Shown in pieces: positions 1 through 5,339 of a stretch of 5,339 bases of DNA. Within the stretch, counting starts at the first letter, position 1. Each line of letters begins with the position of its first letter. Both the position numbers and the translations under genes were made by a program. Origin of the DNA: a virus (taxonomy: Duplodnaviria > Heunggongvirae > Uroviricota > Caudoviricetes); the IMG/VR virus record IMGVR_UViG_2648501390_000019; one strand, 5' to 3'. The notes below the pieces were generated by a model. It worked only from the letters and a program-made list of their open reading frames with translations, was not told where the DNA came from and made no database searches.

Positions 1-134
1 GGTTCGGTGGGGACGGAGGGCGCGATATTTTATCGTCTGCGGATGTGGCGGATGTCATGGTGGATGATGCCGCATTAATGATGGCTTCAGCGGGGATTCC
101 GGGAGGTGTGAGATATGTCCCAGCCGGTTGGTGA
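1..134 (+). CDS. T: Tail assembly chaperone gpT-like, 3' end only (C-terminal part of the G-T frameshift product; 5' end lies outside the window)
   Basis: Frame 3 is open from the window edge to a TGA at 132..134 (translation FGGDGGRDILSSADVADVMVDDAALMMASAGIPGGVRYVPAGW*). It overlaps the H start by 20 nt, matching the lambda T/H arrangement as I recall it. Position immediately upstream of H fits the conserved order. Confidence 0.65.
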   Translation, partial: FGGDGGRDILSSADVADVMVDDAALMMASAGIPGGVRYVPAGW

Positions 135-2688
135 TCTTGTTATTGACCTGAGTCTGGATGCTGTCCGTTTCGATGAGCAGATGAGCCGGGTAAGGCGTCA
201 TTTTTCAGGTCTGGATACCGACGCCAGAAAAACCGCCAGTGCTGTTGAACAGGGCCTGAGCCGCCAGGCGCTGGCTGCACAAAAAGCCGGGATTTCCGTC
301 GGGCAGTATAAAGCGGCCATGCGAACCCTGCCCGCACAGTTTACGGATATCGCCACGCAGCTTGCCGGTGGTCAGAATCCCTGGCTGATCCTGCTGCAAC
401 AGGGCGGTCAGGTGAAGGACTCCTTCGGCGGGATGATCCCCATGTTCAGGGGGCTTGCCGGTGCGATCACCCTGCCGATGGTCGGGGTCACCTCGCTGGC
501 GGTGGCGACAGGTGCGCTGGCGTACGCCTGGTACCAGGGCGACGCCACGCTTTCAGAATTTAATAAAACGCTGGTCCTTTCCGGCAATCAGGCCGGACTG
601 ACTGCCGATCGTATGCTGACGCTCTCAAGAGCCGGGCAGGCAGCAGGGCTGACGTTTAACCAGGCGAGAGAGTCACTGGCAGCCCTGGTGAATGCCGGTG
701 TGCGTGGTGGTGAACAGTTTGATGCCATCAACCAGAGTGTCGCGCGTTTTGCGTCTGCATCCGGTGTGGAGGTGGATAAAGTCGCTGAAGCCTTCGGGAA
801 GCTGACCACTGACCCGACGTCGGGACTGATGGCGATGGCGCGCCAGTTCCGTAACGTGACGGCAGAGCAGATTGCGTATGTTGCACAGCTGCAGCGTTCC
901 GGAGACGAGGCCGGGGCATTGCAGGCGGCGAACGATATCGCCACGAAAGGCTTTGATGAGCAGACCCGTCGCCTGAAAGAAAACATGGGAACACTGGAGA
1001 CCTGGGCGGATAAAACAGGGAAGGCATTCAAATCGATGTGGGATGCCATTCTGGATATCGGTCGTCCGGAATCCTCAGCGGATATGCTCGCCAGTGCGCA
1101 GAAGGCATTTGATGAGGCGGATAAAAAATGGCAGTGGTACCAGAGCCGGAGCCAGCGCCGGGGAAAGACCTCCTCTTTTCGTGCGAACCTTCAGGGGGCA
1201 TGGGATGACCGGGAAAATGCCCGTCTGGGTCTGGCAGCGGCCACGCTGCAGTCGGATATGGAAAAAGCCGGTGAACTGGCGGCAAGGGACAGGGCTGAGC
1301 GTGAGTCGTCACAGCTGAAGTATACCGGAGAGGCGCAGAAGGCGTATGAGCGCCTGCAGACGCCGCTGGATAAATATACCGCCCGTCAGAAAGAGCTGAA
1401 TAAGGCCCTGAAAGACGGAAAAATCCTGCAGGCGGATTACAACACGCTGATGGCGTCGGCAAAAAAGGATTATGAATCGACGCTGAAAAAGCCGTCAGGT
1501 GTGAAGGTGTCTGCCGGTGAGCGCCAGGAAGACCGGGCGCATGCAGCCCTGCTGGCGCTTGAAACCGAGCTCAGGACGCTGGAAAAACACAGCGGTGTGA
1601 ATGAGAAAATCAGCCAGCAGCGCCGGGATTTATGGGAAGCGGAAAGTCAGTATGTGGTCCTGAAAGAGGCCGCCACGAAACGGCAGTTATCTGAGCAGGA
1701 AAAATCCCTGCTGACCCATGAGAAAGAGACGCTGGAGTACAAACGCCAGCTGGCTGAGCTGGGAGACAAGATTGAACACCAGAAGCGGCTGAATGAGCTG
1801 GCACAGCAGGCGGCGCGGTTTGAACAGCAGCAAAGCGCGAAGCAGGCGGCAATCAGCGCAAAAGCCCGCGGCCTCACCGACCGTCAGGCGCAGCGGGAGT
1901 CGGAAGAGCAGCGCCTTCGTGAGGTGTACGGTGATAATCCGGCTGCGCTGGCGAAGGCCACATCGGCACTGAAGAACACCTGGTCTGCGGAGGAGCAGCT
2001 TCGTGGAAGCTGGATGGCCGGGATGAAGTCCGGCTGGGGAGAGTGGGCGGAAAGTGCGACGGACAGTTTTTCGCAGGTTAAAAGTGTGGCCACGCAGACC
2101 TTTGACGGTATTGCACAGAATATGGCGGCGATGCTGACCGGCAGCGAACAGAACTGGCGCAGCTTCACCCGTTCCGTGCTGTCCATGATGACAGAAATTC
2201 TGCTTAAGCAGGCAATGGTGGGGATTGTCGGGAGTATCGGCAGCGCCATTGGCGGGGCTGTTGGTGGCGGCGCATCCGCGTCAGGCGGTACAGCCATTCA
2301 GGCCGCTGCGGCGAAATTCCATTTTGCAACCGGAGGATTTACGGGAACCGGCGGCAAATATGAGCCAGCGGGGATTGTTCACCGTGGTGAGTTTGTCTTC
2401 ACGAAGGAGGCAACCAGCCGGATTGGCGTGGGGAATCTTTACCGGCTGATGCGCGGCTATGCCACCGGCGGTTATGTCGGTACACCGGGCAGTCTGGCAG
2501 ACAGCCGGTCGCAGGCGTCCGGGACGTTTGAGCAGAATAACCATGTGGTGATTAACAACGACGGCACGAACGGGCAGATAGGGCCACAGGCGCTGAAGGC
2601 TGTGTATGACATGGCCCGCAAGGGTGCCCGTGATGAAATTCAGACACAGATGCGTGATGGTGGACTGTTCTCCGGAGGTGGACGATGA
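115..2688 (+). CDS. H: Tail tape measure protein, lambda gpH family
   Basis: 857-aa ORF with ATG at 115 preceded by GGGAGGTG. The translation is recognisably lambda gpH-like along its length (N-terminus MSQPVGDLVIDLSLDAVRFDEQM..., C-terminus ...QTQMRDGGLFSGGGR). It has hydrophobic segments near residues 88-140, a charged central region, and a Gly-rich hydrophobic stretch near the C-terminus (MVGIVGSIGSAIGGAVGGGASASGG). Lambda gpH is 853 aa from memory. Confidence 0.95.
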   Translation: MSQPVGDLVIDLSLDAVRFDEQMSRVRRHFSGLDTDARKTASAVEQGLSRQALAAQKAGISVGQYKAAMRTLPAQFTDIATQLAGGQNPWLILLQQGGQVKDSFGGMIPMFRGLAGAITLPMVGVTSLAVATGALAYAWYQGDATLSEFNKTLVLSGNQAGLTADRMLTLSRAGQAAGLTFNQARESLAALVNAGVRGGEQFDAINQSVARFASASGVEVDKVAEAFGKLTTDPTSGLMAMARQFRNVTAEQIAYVAQLQRSGDEAGALQAANDIATKGFDEQTRRLKENMGTLETWADKTGKAFKSMWDAILDIGRPESSADMLASAQKAFDEADKKWQWYQSRSQRRGKTSSFRANLQGAWDDRENARLGLAAATLQSDMEKAGELAARDRAERESSQLKYTGEAQKAYERLQTPLDKYTARQKELNKALKDGKILQADYNTLMASAKKDYESTLKKPSGVKVSAGERQEDRAHAALLALETELRTLEKHSGVNEKISQQRRDLWEAESQYVVLKEAATKRQLSEQEKSLLTHEKETLEYKRQLAELGDKIEHQKRLNELAQQAARFEQQQSAKQAAISAKARGLTDRQAQRESEEQRLREVYGDNPAALAKATSALKNTWSAEEQLRGSWMAGMKSGWGEWAESATDSFSQVKSVATQTFDGIAQNMAAMLTGSEQNWRSFTRSVLSMMTEILLKQAMVGIVGSIGSAIGGAVGGGASASGGTAIQAAAAKFHFATGGFTGTGGKYEPAGIVHRGEFVFTKEATSRIGVGNLYRLMRGYATGGYVGTPGSLADSRSQASGTFEQNNHVVINNDGTNGQIGPQALKAVYDMARKGARDEIQTQMRDGGLFSGGGR

Positions 2689-3014
2689 AAACCTTCCGCT
2701 GGAAAGTGAAACCCGGGATGGATGTGACATCGGCTCCTTCCGTCAGGGAGGTGCGCTTTGGTGATGGCTATTCCCAGCGTGCGCCTGCCGGGCTGAACGC
2801 TGACCTGAAAACGTACAGCGTGACGCTGTCTGTCTCCCGTGAGGAGGCCACGGCGCTGGAGTCGTTTCTGGCTGAGCACGGGGGCTGGAAGGCCTTTCTG
2901 TGGACGCCGCCTTATGGTTACAGGCAGATAAAGGTGACCTGCGCAAAATGGTCGTCGCAGGTCAGTATGTTGCGTGTTGAGTTCAGCGCAGAGTTTAAAC
3001 AGGTGGTGAACTGA
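2685..3014 (+). CDS. M: Minor tail protein M, lambda gpM family
   Basis: 109-aa ORF, the same length as lambda gpM, with translation MKTFRWKVKPGMDV...RVEFSAEFKQVVN recognisable as gpM. The start overlaps the H stop in an ATGA (2685..2688). A GGAGGTGG Shine-Dalgarno lies just upstream. Confidence 0.93.
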   Translation: MKTFRWKVKPGMDVTSAPSVREVRFGDGYSQRAPAGLNADLKTYSVTLSVSREEATALESFLAEHGGWKAFLWTPPYGYRQIKVTCAKWSSQVSMLRVEFSAEFKQVVN

Positions 3015-3712
3015 TGCAGGATATCCGGCAGGAAACACTGAATGAATGCACCCGTGCGGAGCAGTCGGCCAGCGTGGTGCTCTGGGAAATCGATCTGACA
3101 GAGGTCGGTGGAGAACGTTATTTTTTCTGTAATGAGCAGAACGAAAAAGGTGAGCCGGTCACCTGGCAGGGGAGACAGTATCAGGCGTATCCCATTCAGG
3201 GGAGCGGTTTTGAACTGAATGGCAAAGGCACCAGTACGCGGCCCACGCTGGCAGTCTCTAACCTGTACGGCATGGTCACCGGTATGGTGGAAGATATGCA
3301 GAGTCTGGTCGGCGGAACGGTGGTCCGGCGTAAGGTTTACGCCCGTTTTCTGGATGCGGTGAACTTCGTCAACGGAAACAGCGACGCCGATCCGGAGCAG
3401 GAGGTGATCAGCCGCTGGCGCATCGAGCAGTGCAGCGAACTGAGCGCGGTCAGTGCCTCCTTTGTACTGTCCACGCCGACGGAAACGGACGGCGCTGTTT
3501 TTCCGGGACGTATCATGCTGGCCAACACCTGCACCTGGACCTATCGCGGTGATGAGTGCGGTTATCACGGTCCGGCAGTCGCGGATGAATATGACCAGCC
3601 GACGTCCGATATCACGAAGGATAAATGCAGCAAATGCCTGAGCGGCTGTAAGTTCCGCAATAACGTCGGCAACTTTGGCGGCTTCCTTTCCATTAACAAA
3701 CTTTCGCAGTAA
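3014..3712 (+). CDS. L: Minor tail (tip) protein L, lambda gpL family; C-terminal Cys cluster consistent with an Fe-S site
   Basis: 232-aa ORF, the same length as lambda gpL, with translation MQDIRQETLNECTRAEQSASVVLWEIDL... recognisable as gpL. The start overlaps the M stop in TGATG (3012..3016). A GGTGGTG Shine-Dalgarno-like sequence lies upstream. Cysteine codons at 3530, 3557, 3626, 3635 and 3647 are clustered in the last 60 residues. Confidence 0.93.
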   Translation: MQDIRQETLNECTRAEQSASVVLWEIDLTEVGGERYFFCNEQNEKGEPVTWQGRQYQAYPIQGSGFELNGKGTSTRPTLAVSNLYGMVTGMVEDMQSLVGGTVVRRKVYARFLDAVNFVNGNSDADPEQEVISRWRIEQCSELSAVSASFVLSTPTETDGAVFPGRIMLANTCTWTYRGDECGYHGPAVADEYDQPTSDITKDKCSKCLSGCKFRNNVGNFGGFLSINKLSQ

Positions 3713-3716
3713 TCCC

Positions 3717-4460
3717 ATGACAGAGACAGAATCAGCGATTCTGGCGCACGCCCGGCGATGTGCGCCAGCGGAGTCGTGCGGCTTCGTGGTGAGAACGCCG
3801 GAGGGGGAAAGATATTTCCCCTGCGTGAATATCTCCGGTGAGCCGGAGGCGTATTTCCGGATGGCTCCGGAGGACTGGCTGCAGGCAGAGATGCAGGGTG
3901 AGATTGTGGCGCTGGTCCACAGCCACCCCGGTGGTCTGCCCTGGCTGAGTGAGGCTGACCGGCGGCTGCAGGTGCAGAGTGATTTGCCGTGGTGGCTGGT
4001 CTGCCGGGGGGCGATTCACAAGTTCCGCTGTGTGCCGCATCTCACCGGGCGGCGCTTTGAGCACGGGGTGACGGACTGTTACACGCTGTTCCGGGATGCT
4101 TACCATCTGGCGGGGATTGAGATGCCGGATTTTCATCGCGGGGATGACTGGTGGCGTCACGGTCAGAATCTCTATCTGGACAATATGGAGGCTACAGGGC
4201 TGTACCGTGTCGCACTGACAGAGGCGCAGCCGGGCGATGTGCTGCTGTGCTGTTTTGGTTCATCGGTGCCGAATCACGCCGCCATTTACTGCGGCGACGG
4301 TGAGCTGCTGCACCATATTCCTGAACAACTGAGTAAACGAGAGAGGTATACCGACAAATGGCAGCGACGCACACACTCCCTCTGGCGTCACCGGGCATGG
4401 CACGCATCTGCCTTTACGGGGATTTGCAACGATTTGGCCGCCGCATCGACCTTCGTGTGA
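3717..4460 (+). CDS. K: Tail tip assembly protein K, lambda gpK family (JAB/MPN metalloprotease-like domain plus NlpC/P60-like domain); start codon uncertain
   Basis: The frame is open from the L stop to a TGA at 4458..4460. ATG at 3717 lies 5 nt after the L stop (possible coupling, no clear Shine-Dalgarno) and gives 247 aa. ATG at 3861, preceded by GGAGG with an 11-nt spacer, gives the 199-aa form that I recall as the lambda reference annotation. The JAMM motif HSHPGGLPWLSEAD (H-x-H-x7-S-x2-D) is at 3918..3959. An NlpC/P60-like Cys (DCYTL) is at 4077..4079, with His residues downstream (NHAAIY...LLHH). The track's 3675 start is a TTG that overlaps L. Confidence 0.85.
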   Translation: MTETESAILAHARRCAPAESCGFVVRTPEGERYFPCVNISGEPEAYFRMAPEDWLQAEMQGEIVALVHSHPGGLPWLSEADRRLQVQSDLPWWLVCRGAIHKFRCVPHLTGRRFEHGVTDCYTLFRDAYHLAGIEMPDFHRGDDWWRHGQNLYLDNMEATGLYRVALTEAQPGDVLLCCFGSSVPNHAAIYCGDGELLHHIPEQLSKRERYTDKWQRRTHSLWRHRAWHASAFTGICNDLAAASTFV

Positions 4461-4999
4461 AAACGGGGGCTGAAGCCATCCGGGCACTGGCCACACAGCT
4501 CCCGGCGTTTCGTCAGAAACTGAGCGATGGCTGGTATCAGGTACGGATTGCCGGGCGGGATGCAGGAGAAACCGAATTATCATCCCGTCTTAATGAGCCG
4601 CTGGCAAATGGTGCCGTGATCCACATCGTGCCGCGTCTTGCGGGAGCAAAAAGTGGCGGTGTGTTTCAGGCGGTGCTGGGTGCGGCGTTGATTGCTACGG
4701 CAATCTGGATGCCGGGGATCAGTATCGCTTTCAGTGACATTCTCTTTTCAATGGGTGCGGCGATGACGCTTGGTGGTGTGGCGCAGATGCTGGCACCGAA
4801 AGCCAGAACTCCCCGTACACAGACAACGGATAACGGCAAACAGAACACCTATTTCTCCTCACTGGATAACATGGTTGCCCAGGGCAATGTCCTGCCTGTT
4901 CTGTACGGTGAAATGCGCGTGGGGTCACGTGTGGCATCTCAGGAGATCAGCACGGCAGATGAAGGGGATGGTGGTCAGGTTGTGGTAATTGGGCGGTAA
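4358..4999 (+). CDS. I: Tail assembly protein I, lambda gpI family (N-terminal ubiquitin-like region ending in Gly-Gly, hydrophobic C-terminal region)
   Basis: 213-aa ORF with ATG at 4358 preceded by GAGAGG, and translation MAATHTLPLASPGMARICLYGDLQRFGRR... ending ...EGDGGQVVVIGR, recognisable as gpI. It overlaps the 3' end of K by 103 nt in a different frame, as in lambda. A di-glycine is at residues 100-101 (4655..4660), followed by a long hydrophobic segment. Confidence 0.9.
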   Translation: MAATHTLPLASPGMARICLYGDLQRFGRRIDLRVKTGAEAIRALATQLPAFRQKLSDGWYQVRIAGRDAGETELSSRLNEPLANGAVIHIVPRLAGAKSGGVFQAVLGAALIATAIWMPGISIAFSDILFSMGAAMTLGGVAQMLAPKARTPRTQTTDNGKQNTYFSSLDNMVAQGNVLPVLYGEMRVGSRVASQEISTADEGDGGQVVVIGR

Positions 5000-5072
5000 T
5001 ATTATTTTACTCATGTTCTAACTAATTTAATATTTATATCGAACACTGATAATTATTCTATTGGTTAGCTAT
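5000..5072 (+). promoter_or_regulatory. AT-rich intergenic segment; candidate promoter region for the downstream lipoprotein ORF (weak, unverified)
   Basis: A GATAAT hexamer at 5048..5053 is a 5/6 match to the -10 consensus, but I found no convincing -35. The region is so AT-rich that hexamer matches are expected by chance. Confidence 0.2.
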
Positions 5073-5249
5073 ATGAACAAAACGATTTTATTCTGCACGA
5101 TTATTGCCTTAACAGGATGTAAATCTTTGGATTACGTAAAATCCGGAAAACCTGTAATGGAAGGTAATTCATTAAAAAATATTGATGAATTGTCAGGCTG
5201 CATATCCAGACAATGGGCTGGTAATGGAACACCTATAACATCCCGGTGA
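5073..5249 (+). CDS. Putative small lipoprotein; reading frame runs into the IS1 end and is probably truncated by the insertion
   Basis: ATG at 5073 gives MNKTILFCTIIALTGCKSL..., a classic lipoprotein signal peptide: a short basic n-region, a hydrophobic core, and a lipobox L-T-G-C with Lys at +2. The segment is AT-rich, unlike the tail module. The last codons (cgg, tga at 5244..5249) are supplied by the IS1 terminal repeat, so the native C-terminus is not known. The track's TTG start at 5061 is less likely. Confidence 0.45.
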   Translation: MNKTILFCTIIALTGCKSLDYVKSGKPVMEGNSLKNIDELSGCISRQWAGNGTPITSR

Positions 5250-5267
5250 TGCTGCCAACTTACTGAT
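5245..5267 (+). repeat. IS1 left terminal inverted repeat (about 23 bp)
   Basis: GGTGATGCTGCCAACTTACTGAT at the outer end of the IS1 match. Confidence 0.8.
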
Positions 5268-5299
5268 TTAGTGTATGATGGTGTTTTTGAGGTGCTCCA

Positions 5300-5339
5300 G
5301 TGGCTTCTGTTTCTATCAGCTGTCCCTCCTGTTCAGCTA
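5300..5339 (+). CDS. insA: IS1 InsA (transposition repressor / N-terminal part of the InsAB' transposase), 5' end only
   Basis: GTG at 5300 followed by GCT TCT GTT TCT ATC AGC TGT CCC TCC TGT TCA GCT, which translates to (M)ASVSISCPSCSA, the InsA N-terminus including its first Cys pair. It sits 56 nt into the element, as expected for insA. Confidence 0.8.
   Translation, partial: MASVSISCPSCSA

Larger units (their letters stand above)
5245..5339 (+). mobile_element. IS1 insertion sequence, left end (element continues beyond the window)
   Basis: From 5245 to the window edge the sequence (GGTGATGCTGCCAACTTACTGATTTAGTGTATGATGGTGTTTTTGAGGTGCTCCAGTGGCTTCTGTTTCTATCAGCTGTCCCTCCTGTTCAGCTA) matches the left terminus of IS1 as I remember it, including the terminal inverted repeat and the start of insA. 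Confidence 0.9.

Noticed and set aside
1-134. Programmed -1 frameshift site of the G-T chaperone pair
   Set aside because: The slippery site lies in the G/T overlap upstream of this window. Only the 3' end of T is present, and no slippery heptamer is needed to explain what is seen here.
1043-3641. Plus-strand alternative-frame ORFs nested in H and L (1043..1318, 2225..2449, 3453..3641)
   Set aside because: They are out of frame with and contained within the tape measure or L genes, with Arg/Pro-rich composition typical of off-frame GC-rich translation. Nothing suggests an embedded gene.
3675-3716. Track start for K at 3675
   Set aside because: It is a TTG codon that overlaps the last 38 nt of L. 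The ATG at 3717, just after the L stop, or the ATG at 3861 are more plausible starts.
140-4583. Minus-strand ORFs inside the tail genes (140..337, 205..399, 588..1049, 728..1027, 1028..1462, 1610..1852, 1647..1877, 1884..2297, 2281..2730, 2640..3038, 2743..2946, 2918..3718, 3337..3534, 3732..4160, 4192..4407, 4260..4583)
   Set aside because: They lie antisense to strongly supported, densely packed tail genes in GC-rich DNA where long antisense ORFs arise by chance. Their translations are Pro/Arg/Ser/Ala-rich and low-complexity, with no recognisable domains or convincing start contexts.
4666-4988. Short ORFs nested in I on both strands (4666..4848 -, 4731..4937 -, 4770..4988 +)
   Set aside because: They are fully contained within the well-supported I gene and have no independent support.
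5061-5072. Track start for the lipoprotein ORF at 5061 (MVSY...)
   Set aside because: It is a TTG codon. The ATG at 5073 gives a canonical signal peptide n-region (MNK) directly before the hydrophobic core.
4997-5072. Rho-independent terminator after I
   Set aside because: There is no GC-rich hairpin followed by a T-run. The region is uniformly AT-rich without a stable stem.
5061-5249. Whether the ORF at the expected J position is a diverged J N-terminus
   Set aside because: The sequence is AT-rich and encodes a lipoprotein signal peptide. gpJ is cytoplasmically synthesised with no signal peptide and is GC-rich, so this is not J.
1-5339. CRISPR arrays, tRNA or other structured RNA genes
   Set aside because: I found no direct repeats with regular spacing and no cloverleaf-compatible segments. 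Nearly all of the window is accounted for by coding sequence or the IS1 terminus.

Overview
The window is the distal half of a lambda-type siphovirus tail operon, all on the + strand, followed by an abrupt change in composition. In order: the 3' end of the tail chaperone gene T (1..134), the tape measure gene H (115..2688), then M (2685..3014), L (3014..3712), K (3717..4460, start uncertain) and I (4358..4999). Family assignments rest on my recognition of the translated proteins and on motifs read directly from the sequence; no search was run. The genes are packed in the classic lambda way (T/H 20-nt overlap, H/M ATGA, M/L TGATG, K/I 103-nt out-of-frame overlap). Directly after the I stop codon the GC-rich tail module ends. 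The host-specificity gene J, which in lambda begins about 60 bp after I, is not there. Instead there is a roughly 245-bp AT-rich segment (5000..5244) encoding the N-terminus of a small lipoprotein-like ORF (5073..5249). That ORF runs straight into the left end of an IS1 element (5245 to the window edge, with the insA start at 5300). The most interesting part is therefore the last 340 bp: a foreign cargo gene fragment and an IS1 where J should be, suggesting a defective or rearranged prophage in an Escherichia/Shigella-type genome. I see no rRNA, tRNA or CRISPR features.
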